In this document: piece after piece, positions 17,522 to 26,200 of the stretch
Position numbering within the stretch: the first letter of the stretch is position 1
How the letters are laid out: every line of letters begins with the position of its first letter
DNA from: Klebsiella phage Magnus
Sequence record: NC_049462.1
DNA: 64,000 nucleotides
Direction: 5' to 3' (one strand)
Made by a program: the position numbers and the translations under genes
The notes under the pieces: model-generated
Told to the model about the DNA's origin: nothing
What the model saw: only the letters and a program-made list of their open reading frames with translations
The model's database searches: none

Positions 17522-19720
17522 ATGATTGAATCATTAGAATTTAAGAATGCCACACAGACGGTTGCTCCTTCCAATCACGTCATCGTCGTTGACATTTCTT
17601 ATTCCATGTGCTATGCGCTGCCGAAACTGCGCCAGCACCTGAAAGAAAACCTGCCCTCTCTGGTTAAGCCGGAAGACACCATCAGTATTCTGTACTTCTC
17701 TTCTCGTGGCGACTTCGGTACTGTGTTCGCTGGGCGCCAGGTCAGAAACGCATCTGACCTGAGTGAGCTGGGCAAACTGATCGATCGCTTCCTGCAACCG
17801 ACGGGCTGCACCGGATTTGTTGAGCCGCTCAAGCTGGCTATCGAAACCGCCAACGATCTGAAAAAGTCCGGCGTCATCAATTCCCTGGTGTTCATGACCG
17901 ACGGCTATGACAACTGCTGGCGTTCCAGTGAAATCCTGGCCGTTGCTGAGCAGCTGCCAAAAGCATACGACAACATCACCCTGATCGAATACGGCTGGAA
18001 CTGCAACCGCGAACTGCTGCAGAAAATGGCTGAGTGCTCTGGTGCAACCCATGTATTCGCCGAAGGCCAGGAAGAATATCAGACCGAACTGGAAACAGCG
18101 ATGGTTTCTGTCGCTCCGCGCGTTCGCGTTGATTTCAGCGTCATCTATTCCTATGCCGTTTATATCGAAAACGGGATTCCGACCATCCTGGCCGCCCAGT
18201 CTGATGAAGACCATCCTATCAATTACGTCAACATCCCTGAGAGCGTCTCTAAGCTGTGGGTTGTTGATCCTGATATGATCGACCAACTGGATAACCTGGC
18301 GGACGTTGAAGCGGCATATGTGCTGGCTCTCTTTGGCGTGCATACTATGGATGCCGACCTGGTGTGGGCCGCGCTGAAAAAGACTGGCGATGTGCGCTTC
18401 ATTAAACAGTACACCAACTGCTTCACCAAGCAGGATTATTCCAACATCAAAACTGACATTACAGCAGCGATTGTAGACCCGGCGCTGCGCGGTGTGGACG
18501 GTATCGATTACAATCTGGTGCCGCCGGAAGACGCAACTACTGTTGTTGATGTTCTGACTTACCTGGCGGGAGCAGACGCACAACTGGTTGTTGACCATCC
18601 CCTGTTCTCTTACAAGCGGATCGGTCGCGGTACGGTACAAAAAGCCGACGATACCGAAGACAAGCTGGCGGCAGAAATTGCCGAAGCCAAATCTAAAGAA
18701 GAGCGTAAAGCGCTGGCCCTGAAACTGGCTGAACACGAAGACTGGACTCCTGTGTTTGAGCCAGTGAAAGGCGCGGGCGTTCCCATCAGCAATCTGGTTT
18801 ACAACTCCGCCCGCCCGAACATCAGTCTGCAGACTGTGCAAAACGGGACCGTCATCATTCCGAAGTTCGCCCAAAAGAAATACGATCTGCCGGAATCTAT
18901 TGACACATGGCAGTGGAAGAACTACACCATCGTCAAAGACGGTATCATCCATATGAAGACCCTTCCTGTGGTCTGCTCGGCTGAAACCGTATCTGAACTG
19001 GTTAGCAAAGGCGTTGAAGTTTACGGCGGGCCGGAAGTGTTCATCGTAAATCTGGGCAGCGTTCCTCTGGTTAACCGCGCGATGGTTAAGAACATCAGCG
19101 CCGCGCAGTTCTTTGCTGACCATGTCCGTCTGGAATCCCTGAAAGCCAAGCAGAAGGTTCTCAAATACTTCCGTGACGAACTGGTTGGGAAAGGTAATGC
19201 CGTGGGCCTGGCGGGCAAATACGGTGCCGAAGCGGCTGAGTTTCTGTCTGCGAATGGCATCCGCGATTACGGCTTCTCTCCGAAGACCGCTTCGGTTGAG
19301 TCTACTGATTTCTACATGAGCCGCGAACTCAATGTGAAGATCAAAGGCGCTTCCTCTCTGCCGTCAATTGCCGCCGTTCTGAAGAAACAGGCAGACAACA
19401 AAAAGCTGAACGCAGCTGATCAGCTGATCGCTAATGCGCTGGCAGAATACAACGCCTTTGTCAAATCTCCGGCGGTGACTGCAGTCCCGGAAGCAACGCA
19501 GGCCAAGATCATTGAATCTTGGATCAGTGACGCTGCCAAGGCCGCAATCACCCAAGTGCGTGAGCTGAACAAGACCCTGTCCAAATCCCTGTATGCCATC
19601 GTTGCTGGCCATGGCTGGTTCACCGACCTGGATCTGGAAGAGTCCACCATGGAAGTGGAAGTTGACGGTGTGAAATACACCGTCAGCGCAGTGCTGGAAG
19701 AGAAAGAGATCAAAATCTAA
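17522..19720 (+). CDS. von Willebrand factor A (vWA) domain protein, 732 aa.
   Basis: MIDAS residues: VVDISYSM (DxSxS) ... PTGCTG ... FMTDGYDN. High-GC codon usage. Long C-terminal region of unknown function. Confidence 0.65.
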   Translation: MIESLEFKNATQTVAPSNHVIVVDISYSMCYALPKLRQHLKENLPSLVKPEDTISILYFSSRGDFGTVFAGRQVRNASDLSELGKLIDRFLQPTGCTGFVEPLKLAIETANDLKKSGVINSLVFMTDGYDNCWRSSEILAVAEQLPKAYDNITLIEYGWNCNRELLQKMAECSGATHVFAEGQEEYQTELETAMVSVAPRVRVDFSVIYSYAVYIENGIPTILAAQSDEDHPINYVNIPESVSKLWVVDPDMIDQLDNLADVEAAYVLALFGVHTMDADLVWAALKKTGDVRFIKQYTNCFTKQDYSNIKTDITAAIVDPALRGVDGIDYNLVPPEDATTVVDVLTYLAGADAQLVVDHPLFSYKRIGRGTVQKADDTEDKLAAEIAEAKSKEERKALALKLAEHEDWTPVFEPVKGAGVPISNLVYNSARPNISLQTVQNGTVIIPKFAQKKYDLPESIDTWQWKNYTIVKDGIIHMKTLPVVCSAETVSELVSKGVEVYGGPEVFIVNLGSVPLVNRAMVKNISAAQFFADHVRLESLKAKQKVLKYFRDELVGKGNAVGLAGKYGAEAAEFLSANGIRDYGFSPKTASVESTDFYMSRELNVKIKGASSLPSIAAVLKKQADNKKLNAADQLIANALAEYNAFVKSPAVTAVPEATQAKIIESWISDAAKAAITQVRELNKTLSKSLYAIVAGHGWFTDLDLEESTMEVEVDGVKYTVSAVLEEKEIKI

Positions 19721-19764
19721 TCAACTGTGCCGGGGAAACCCGGCCTTTTCATAAGGTATACCAA

Positions 19765-20088
19765 ATGTCTAAGAATGTGTCTTATATCGATGTCATGCGC
19801 TTCCTTGTCCAGTATGCAAGCGACAATCTGAATATGGAACTGTGGCGTGAGAAGAAACACTCCGTAACAATACAATCCGCGATTGAAAAAATCGAAGACC
19901 AGCTGGATACCCTGGCTCCTCTGCGCGTCAAAGAACATCTGGGTGGCGATGAACTTGACGCGATAGAAATCATCATGGAACTGGAAGAAGAATATGATGT
20001 AGAGATCACGGATCATTGGATCGGGTCTCACCAAGACGACCCAACCCTGGGTGAATTGGCTGAACACGTGGTTCACCTATTAAAATAA
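19765..20088 (+). CDS. Acyl carrier protein-like protein with the phosphopantetheinyl-Ser replaced by Glu.
   Basis: HLGGDELDAIEIIMELEEEYDVEI aligns with E. coli ACP [24 protein letters not shown]. The DSL serine position is E. Confidence 0.65.
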   Translation: MSKNVSYIDVMRFLVQYASDNLNMELWREKKHSVTIQSAIEKIEDQLDTLAPLRVKEHLGGDELDAIEIIMELEEEYDVEITDHWIGSHQDDPTLGELAEHVVHLLK

Positions 20089-20099
20089 TTTTGAAGTTG

Positions 20100-20160
20100 G
20101 CTTTACTTCTTCAATAAATGATTTAATATTAATTTTGTAGGGCGGGAACGGCTCCCGCCT
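20100..20160 (+). promoter_or_regulatory. Promoter-like box plus stem-loop (PeSL-like element).
   Basis: gCTTTACTtCTTCAATAAAtgatttaatattaat followed by the hairpin ggcgggaacggctcccgcc. It sits 20-80 nt upstream of the 20182 ATG. Confidence 0.45.
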
Positions 20161-20181
20161 GATTGAAGAAGGTGCTATATT

Positions 20182-20397
20182 ATGGCTATATCACAAATTG
20201 TCGACCTCACCCCGTTTTGCCTCAACAATATTTCAAATCCTAAATTAGTCTTGTACAAGGACCCAACTAATTTTTGTTGGTTAGCAAGCTGCGACACCCA
20301 CAACGGAAGGCGTGCTGTTTGGGATTTCCCCGCGACCGATGAGGGGCGCATACTTGCTATACGCAAATTGGAATCAGAAAATTCTAAACGCGGGTGA
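20182..20397 (+). CDS. Hypothetical small protein.
   Basis: ORF, SD GAAGGTG. Confidence 0.35.
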   Translation: MAISQIVDLTPFCLNNISNPKLVLYKDPTNFCWLASCDTHNGRRAVWDFPATDEGRILAIRKLESENSKRG

Positions 20398-20639
20398 TGG
20401 ATATGTCGAATAAGAAAGTCGAAACCACGGTTGAAATTGAAAAGAATTGGGGTTTCCTGCGTGCTAAAGGTTTCCGCCGTGTGTATGCTGCGAAGGAAGT
20501 CTACGTCCAGCGTAAGGACGTTATCATTAGCAAGAAGGGTAAGTCCTGGGTGGCCGAAGAAGTGGACGAAGACGGCATCGTAGGCAAGATTAAGGCCAAG
20601 GCTGAAATCCTCTTCGCTCTTCTGAAGCAAATCAATTAA
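20397..20639 (+). CDS. Hypothetical small protein.
   Basis: ORF coupled to the upstream stop; basic. Confidence 0.35.
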   Translation: MDMSNKKVETTVEIEKNWGFLRAKGFRRVYAAKEVYVQRKDVIISKKGKSWVAEEVDEDGIVGKIKAKAEILFALLKQIN

Positions 20640-20651
20640 AATCAATAACAC

Positions 20652-20674
20652 GGGCGGGGTATGATTGCCCCGTC
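20652..20674 (+). terminator. Hairpin terminator with a TATGAT-containing loop.
   Basis: cgggcgggg-tatgattg-ccccgtc followed by tatttg. Confidence 0.5.
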
Positions 20675-20698
20675 TATTTGAAACGCAGGATTCATATC

Positions 20699-21067
20699 AT
20701 GAAAAAGTTAATCATCGCCTTGTCTCTGGTGTCTCTTTCTTTCGCCGCCCATGCTGATCGTGTGGTAAAAGGCATCTCGTTTGACGGGAAATATTCCTTC
20801 CAGGCGTTTGGTGCCGACCTGGTATTGACCCAAGGTAAAAAGACCGTTTATCGTTGCAAATACGATGAAACGATCCGTGGGATAGATAAGGCCAATGACC
20901 CGTATATTCTGGATATTTACCAGTGTGGTCAAAAAACCCTGGGCGTAAAAACTTTCGGTCGAATTGAAGACGGCGGATGGGTAACGGTTTTGGCAACTGT
21001 CAATAACAAAACTGTGGAAGTTTTCCAGAAACCGTTCAATATTTACACTGAGGCGAATTCATTATGA
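20699..21067 (+). CDS. Secreted protein with signal peptide (ATG at 20699).
   Basis: MKKLIIALSLVSLSFAAHA signal peptide. Four Cys residues. Confidence 0.5.
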   Translation: MKKLIIALSLVSLSFAAHADRVVKGISFDGKYSFQAFGADLVLTQGKKTVYRCKYDETIRGIDKANDPYILDIYQCGQKTLGVKTFGRIEDGGWVTVLATVNNKTVEVFQKPFNIYTEANSL

Positions 21068-21363
21068 TCAAGAACCCAAGTATTCATGATGCGGTGACAA
21101 ATATTGTCAGAAGGGAATTTGATTGTCTAAGGGTTCCGGCTCGGCGTATTACTCGCTTATTGGAGGCGAAAGTCGCCATTGAAGAAGGTGATACTAAATC
21201 TGCAATGTTGTCGATGTTGGAAGTGATTGTCCGGTTGTCTGATGATGACAATGTTAAATCTGTAGACGATCTAACAAAACTTCTAAACACAACAATTCAG
21301 GTTCGTTTAGATACAGGACCATTCACCTTACGTGAACTGATCAAAGAAGGGGTTGGAAAATGA
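21064..21363 (+). CDS. Hypothetical protein.
   Basis: ORF coupled to the upstream gene. Confidence 0.35.
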   Translation: MIKNPSIHDAVTNIVRREFDCLRVPARRITRLLEAKVAIEEGDTKSAMLSMLEVIVRLSDDDNVKSVDDLTKLLNTTIQVRLDTGPFTLRELIKEGVGK

Positions 21364-21536
21364 TTATTAATTGGGAATTAGTCGGCTTGGTGCTCAGCAT
21401 TATTTTCGGCTTGGTGGGTGTAATTTGGGTAATCATTGGCATCTGGTTCTATCGTTTCTTCACCAAATATGAGAAACGCGATGCTGAACGCCGGGCGCGT
21501 CAGGATGATATTCGAAATCGCCGGGAGAACTGGTGA
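21360..21536 (+). CDS. Small membrane protein (58 aa). Not in the ORF track because it is under 60 aa.
   Basis: ATG overlaps the upstream stop (AATGA). One TM segment LVGLVLSIIFGLVGVIWVIIGIWFY, then a basic tail. Confidence 0.4.
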   Translation: MIINWELVGLVLSIIFGLVGVIWVIIGIWFYRFFTKYEKRDAERRARQDDIRNRRENW

Positions 21537-21649
21537 TGGAAGAAAATGTCTGGCATGTCATTGGCGGCAATCTTCTGGGTATTCTGATCGTCTGGTTCTG
21601 TTATTGGTTTGGTGGCAAACTGGCTAAATTTTTCCACGGGCGTGACTAA
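21536..21649 (+). CDS. Small membrane protein (37 aa).
   Basis: ATG overlaps the upstream stop (TGATG). TM segment VIGGNLLGILIVWFCYWFGG. Confidence 0.3.
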   Translation: MEENVWHVIGGNLLGILIVWFCYWFGGKLAKFFHGRD

Positions 21650-21681
21650 CTAAGGGATAACTCCATATCCCGAGGTGTGCC

Positions 21682-22131
21682 ATGTTTCTGACTTCCTTTA
21701 TCGACTGGATGAATATCATCAATGGCCTGAGGATTCCTGTGGGAAACCTCGGGCTTTCTCGTTCTTCTATGCCACAAATTGACGCTGATAAACAGCAAGA
21801 CTTTCATGATTATCTGGAAGACAACGGCGTCACTATCGATGCATCTCAAGTTCCGATCCGGTCATTGCGTCTGACCCAGAACGAAATCAACAAAATGAAA
21901 GTCTGGAAGATAATGAAACAGATCCGAAACAAGAAGCCGATGGGCCGGGTTTGGGTGTCGTCAGACAATTACGTCGTGGATGGTTCTCATCGGTTCGTCG
22001 CCGCTCTGAATATGGATGGGAAGCAGCGCATGAAGGTCTACAAAGTTGATATGCCTGCCATGGAATTTGTCAAATTAGCTCGACAATTCAATGGTGTGCG
22101 CTACCGGACAGTTTCAGATAATCGATTCTGA
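21682..22131 (+). CDS. ParB/Srx-like nuclease domain protein.
   Basis: VVDGSHRFVAAL matches the ParB N-terminal domain core (DGhHRxxAa). Preceded by an IRSLRLTQNEI segment. Confidence 0.5.
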   Translation: MFLTSFIDWMNIINGLRIPVGNLGLSRSSMPQIDADKQQDFHDYLEDNGVTIDASQVPIRSLRLTQNEINKMKVWKIMKQIRNKKPMGRVWVSSDNYVVDGSHRFVAALNMDGKQRMKVYKVDMPAMEFVKLARQFNGVRYRTVSDNRF

Positions 22132-22209
22132 ATAAAGATTCTTATTGAATTCCTTTACTCAATAAACCTCCCGAACTACTATTTCCTCAATGAACAAGAG
22201 GGAATCACC

Positions 22210-22896
22210 ATGAAACGTTTAATCCTTGGGGTGCTGCTGGCTGGACTGGCGCTCCCCGCCGCTGCCAAACTGAACTCCACAGGTGAGAAACTGTGGGAAG
22301 ATCTTTCTTACTGTGCTGGATGGTCTCAGGCTGTCGCCATAGACAAGACTGGTTCTATCGAGAACTTTTCTGAATTGTGGAACACAGGCAACGTATCTGA
22401 CGCTGTTGTCAACGCCGGAATTGAATTTAATCGATACAAACAAGGAGCCTATAATCTTAAAGGCTACCTGAATGACGATAAATTCAACAAAGGTGGGATG
22501 GATGCCTCAGATTTGATCATGACCGGGCGTATGGGGACGGCAGGACGGATTCAGGTTAGACAATGCCGTTCTCTCCCCATCCCGGCGCTTCAGAAAGGTG
22601 TCAACATCGGGCGTCGCCATCTTGATCTCATTAATGATGGGAACCAGTGCGTCAAAGTATTTGAATACAGTGCCGATCAGATCAATGATCCTAAATTGAA
22701 GAAAGAATGGCGGACACGCGCTCTGGAACTTCGTGCTTGGCTGGTCGACAATGATCGTTATCATCAAGACCGGGTTGATGCCGGACTGAAAGATTTATCG
22801 ACCAATTTGTCTGTGAATCTGGATGACCCACGACTGTCCCGGGAACTTCAGCAGACTCGTATTGACTGTGAAAATATGATGAAGGAGAACGAATGA
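22210..22896 (+). CDS. Secreted protein with signal peptide.
   Basis: MKRLILGVLLAGLALPAAA signal peptide. SD GAGGGA. Confidence 0.5.
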   Translation: MKRLILGVLLAGLALPAAAKLNSTGEKLWEDLSYCAGWSQAVAIDKTGSIENFSELWNTGNVSDAVVNAGIEFNRYKQGAYNLKGYLNDDKFNKGGMDASDLIMTGRMGTAGRIQVRQCRSLPIPALQKGVNIGRRHLDLINDGNQCVKVFEYSADQINDPKLKKEWRTRALELRAWLVDNDRYHQDRVDAGLKDLSTNLSVNLDDPRLSRELQQTRIDCENMMKENE

Positions 22897-23240
22897 TGCG
22901 TGTGAAAAAGTCGACTATCATAATCTTCTACCTGGCATTCGTTGCAGTCTTTGTGGTCTGGGCAAGCAATGCGTTGGCAGTCCCGGCGAACAATCTGAAC
23001 AAATGCGCTGCATGGCTGTCAACGTATCAACAGTTCCATCCTGACGATAAAGATACTTCTATTTTGCTTTCCGATTTTGAAGGTGAAATGAAACGTTTGG
23101 ACCAGTACAGTACTGACCAGATTGAGAATGCTCTGGATTTACCAATGATGGATTCCGCAGCAGATAACAGTCACCAAACTGCTGTAGACCTGTCATATTG
23201 CCGTGAGATTGCGATTAACTTTACCCGTAATCAAAAATAA
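22893..23240 (+). CDS. Secreted/membrane-anchored small protein.
   Basis: N-terminal hydrophobic segment IIIFYLAFVAVFVVWASNALA. Coupled start. Confidence 0.45.
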   Translation: MMRVKKSTIIIFYLAFVAVFVVWASNALAVPANNLNKCAAWLSTYQQFHPDDKDTSILLSDFEGEMKRLDQYSTDQIENALDLPMMDSAADNSHQTAVDLSYCREIAINFTRNQK

Positions 23241-23289
23241 AATCGGGTTAAAATTTAGGCTCTAACTGAAAATGACCGGAGTACTTTAA

Positions 23290-24030
23290 ATGACCGACAA
23301 CGAAATTGCCCAGATCATTAAGCAGCATTCCCGTTTTGCTCCGGATGCTGCTAATGTCATCATAGTGCACAAAGACGGACGTGTATTCTTTGCTGAAAAA
23401 TTTGAGCAAGGGAGCCAGTTCTGGGATGCGAGCACGATGCTTCCACGTACCCTACAAGGTATCATCTACTCCTGTTCTCTGGTAGCGAAGCGGAGCGATG
23501 CTGGTCATTGGGTTAGTGTTAATGATCTCGGTGGCATTATGGGTGGAAAAGAATATCCGACCAAACGCTCCCCGCCGCCTTATGTCAAAGAACAGATGTC
23601 CAAGATTACCAATCGTCCAAGACCGACCCCGAAAGCACCGAAATTCGAAGTCGTTCCTGCAACGGCGGTAGAAACAAAACCAGCCAAAAAGGATACTGAT
23701 TGGCGTTCTGGATTTATCGGGGTTAAAGAATTGGATCGCGAACGTAATCCTCGCAATCATCCATTGTTCGTGTCAATACGGACTGATGGTAAAATCATCC
23801 TGAGCAAAGGTCTTCTGGATAAAATCGATGGTAATTTTGATTTTCTGGTGTCTAAGGATCGGAAGGTCATTGCCCTGGTGAAAAACGGTTCTATGTATAA
23901 TATGAACAAATCGGGGAATTACTCTCACAAAGGTCTGCCCAAGTATCTCAAGTTCCCAGAAGATTCCGGTACAGTTCGAATCTATATGGACTGGGACCAA
24001 GAAAAGAACGCATTTATCGGCAGTCTATAA
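23290..24030 (+). CDS. Hypothetical protein.
   Basis: ORF with SD. Confidence 0.4.
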   Translation: MTDNEIAQIIKQHSRFAPDAANVIIVHKDGRVFFAEKFEQGSQFWDASTMLPRTLQGIIYSCSLVAKRSDAGHWVSVNDLGGIMGGKEYPTKRSPPPYVKEQMSKITNRPRPTPKAPKFEVVPATAVETKPAKKDTDWRSGFIGVKELDRERNPRNHPLFVSIRTDGKIILSKGLLDKIDGNFDFLVSKDRKVIALVKNGSMYNMNKSGNYSHKGLPKYLKFPEDSGTVRIYMDWDQEKNAFIGSL

Positions 24031-24034
24031 TATC

Positions 24035-24057
24035 GGGGCGGTTATAATGACCGCCTC
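24035..24057 (+). terminator. Hairpin with loop TATAATG.
   Basis: ggggcggt-TATAATG-accgcctc ttt. It ends 22 nt before the ATG at 24079. Confidence 0.6.
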
Positions 24058-24078
24058 TTTGATTTGAAGGAATATATT

Positions 24079-24789
24079 ATGCACAATGTAACAAAACTCT
24101 ATCCGATCATTATCGGTGCCGATCAAGGGCACCTGCATTTATCTGAACCCTCATATATCGCCTATGCCCGCGCCGGGGGATCTCGATATGTATATTGTGA
24201 ACATGACCATGGGCGTGGTACAGGCCTCCTTCACTATACGGTGAACGACACTACAATGGTCCCTCTGGCCCCAGAAGACGTCGTGTTGGCCCGGCGCATT
24301 TACATTGAATTTAATGCAATGCACAACAACGAAATAGACGCTCGTTATCATGCCATGCGTTCTATGGAGGGGCGAGATTGTATTTATCGTATTGATCATT
24401 TTTCTGAATTTAGCCAGTCTATAGATTGGTTCATTTCTGACAAGATCTTGGGTGAAAGGATCATCACAACTCCTTGGGCACATGCCGAACAACTTCGTGT
24501 CTCCACAGACGCATACAAAGAAGTTGATACCCTGTGCAACAAATTCCGCATTTCTGTAACCTGCAACCAGGACCTGGGTGAAGAGATCCAATGGAAAGCA
24601 CAGTCCCCACATTTTAGTGATATGGAAATGTGGGCTGAAACCCGTTCCCGTGCTGTTGTTCAATTAGTTCTGTGGGCATTCTACCAGCGTACCCCATTCT
24701 CTTACATGGGGCAGAAAACGATTGATGAAATTCTGAAATCTCATAAAGTCGAGATTGTTGAAGATTTAATGGGTTGGAGCGCATTATGA
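24079..24789 (+). CDS. Hypothetical protein.
   Basis: ORF; SD GAAGGA 7 nt upstream. Confidence 0.4.
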   Translation: MHNVTKLYPIIIGADQGHLHLSEPSYIAYARAGGSRYVYCEHDHGRGTGLLHYTVNDTTMVPLAPEDVVLARRIYIEFNAMHNNEIDARYHAMRSMEGRDCIYRIDHFSEFSQSIDWFISDKILGERIITTPWAHAEQLRVSTDAYKEVDTLCNKFRISVTCNQDLGEEIQWKAQSPHFSDMEMWAETRSRAVVQLVLWAFYQRTPFSYMGQKTIDEILKSHKVEIVEDLMGWSAL

Positions 24790-25061
24790 GCATGCTATTT
24801 GATGTCTATCTGGTTCATATCGCCGCTAGTCAATCCCAACGTTCTTTCTTCGTGCTGTTGCCAGCAGATAAAGGTATGGGTATTGATGACTTATCTACCC
24901 TGGAGCACCAGTTCTTCCAACGTTGGAAAGACTTGGGGCACCTTGTTAATTTCAACAAATTGACTGATGAGATCGCCGCGCAAGAAAGTGACGGTCTTCG
25001 ACTTCTTTCACGGTCTGAATTACAACTAATCAGGAGTAAACATGAGCAGCCGTATTTTTAA
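24786..25061 (+). CDS. Hypothetical protein.
   Basis: Coupled ATGA overlap. Confidence 0.35.
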   Translation: MSMLFDVYLVHIAASQSQRSFFVLLPADKGMGIDDLSTLEHQFFQRWKDLGHLVNFNKLTDEIAAQESDGLRLLSRSELQLIRSKHEQPYF

Positions 25062-25368
25062 TCTAAAATTCCGCGTTTGGCACGTCCCTCAGGTGCCGGG
25101 GAAAATGTTTACAGTTGAAGTTCCGACGTATGCTGAAGCTGAACGTTTGAAATCGTCGCTGGCTGATTATGATCTGTTCCAGTATCAGAACAACATCAAA
25201 CCAGATTATTGCAACGCCAGCGGTATTCAGATTTATCAACACGACCTAAATGATGCCGAGTTGATCGAAATGGGCCTTGAAGATCGTTGGGTGGATATCG
25301 AGGATGACAAAGATCTGCAGGATTATCTAGATCACCTCCGTTCTACTGGTTGGGAAATAAAATCATGA
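25042..25368 (+). CDS. Hypothetical protein.
   Basis: SD AGGAGT. Confidence 0.4.
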   Translation: MSSRIFNLKFRVWHVPQVPGKMFTVEVPTYAEAERLKSSLADYDLFQYQNNIKPDYCNASGIQIYQHDLNDAELIEMGLEDRWVDIEDDKDLQDYLDHLRSTGWEIKS

Positions 25369-25679
25369 CCATGATCAGTTCATATATCGTTCAAAAGGGT
25401 GATACCCTTATGGGGATCTGTATGAAATTTTATTCAGATCCATACATGTATTCAGATATAGCGAAGTACAACAATATCATTGACCCAAACAAAATTTGCG
25501 TCGGCCAGCTGATTAAATTCCCCCGGCCTGTCAATGACCCACAAACAGTCGTTATCCCGGTAGAACCCACTCAGAAATGTTTGGATGCTATCGCAGGCTT
25601 ATTCCAGGAAGGATTTTGTGATGGTCGTATAGAAAGAGATATTTATGCCGTCATAGTGAGTTCGGCTCTGAACCAATAA
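25365..25679 (+). CDS. LysM domain protein.
   Basis: YIVQKGDTLMGICMKFY...YNNIIDPNKICVGQLIKFP matches the LysM consensus. Confidence 0.6.
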   Translation: MTMISSYIVQKGDTLMGICMKFYSDPYMYSDIAKYNNIIDPNKICVGQLIKFPRPVNDPQTVVIPVEPTQKCLDAIAGLFQEGFCDGRIERDIYAVIVSSALNQ

Positions 25680-25796
25680 TTTATTGGGAATCGGCAAATA
25701 AGTGCTTTATTCAATAATTTTTGTTAGGTAAGCTGTAATCCTCTTGTAGTGAACACAGAAGTAAACGTTTAACATAAACCAACTGGAGTAATCCGA

Positions 25797-26075
25797 ATGA
25801 ATCGTCAAGATTTTATCGCACATATCGCCCAAACTCAGGGTGTGACCAAAACCGAAGCTGAAAAAACTGTCGCGTCCTTTATCGCTGGTATCAACTCTGC
25901 CGTCGCTGCTGGCCAATCCGTTCAACTCGTCGGGTTCGGCACCTTCGAAGTGAAACATCAGGAAGCCCGCGCTGGCCGCAACCCGCTGACCGGAGCTGCG
26001 CTGACAATCGAAGCGAAAAATGTCGTCAAATTCAAAGTCGGCGAAACTCTGAAAAACGTCGCCAACGGCAAATAA
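25797..26075 (+). CDS. HU/IHF-family DNA-binding protein.
   Basis: MNRQDFIAHIAQ...VQLVGFGTFEVKHQEARAGRNPLTG...KFKVG: a canonical HU fold signature, 92 aa. Confidence 0.85.
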   Translation: MNRQDFIAHIAQTQGVTKTEAEKTVASFIAGINSAVAAGQSVQLVGFGTFEVKHQEARAGRNPLTGAALTIEAKNVVKFKVGETLKNVANGK

Positions 26076-26126
26076 AACAAATTCGGCCAGTACCAGGCGC
26101 ACTGCGCAGGCAGGTACAAAGAGGAA

Positions 26127-26150
26127 GCCGGGGTAATCCCCGGCTTTTTC
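26127..26150 (+). terminator. Rho-independent terminator.
   Basis: gccgggg-taat-ccccggc ttttt. Confidence 0.75.
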
Positions 26151-26200
26151 GTTCTTGGGATTCGGGTAAACTATACTGACACCCCCAAAGGAGAAATCAA

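Noticed and set aside
17534-19123. Long minus-strand ORF (529 aa) antisense to the vWA gene. Similar antisense ORFs lie at 10704-11402, 14436-15173, 5667-6110, 61087-61848 and 3509-4012.
   Set aside because: They lie entirely inside strongly supported + strand genes with high GC and are Arg/His/Cys-rich with no motifs. They are typical shadow ORFs of high-GC coding sequence.
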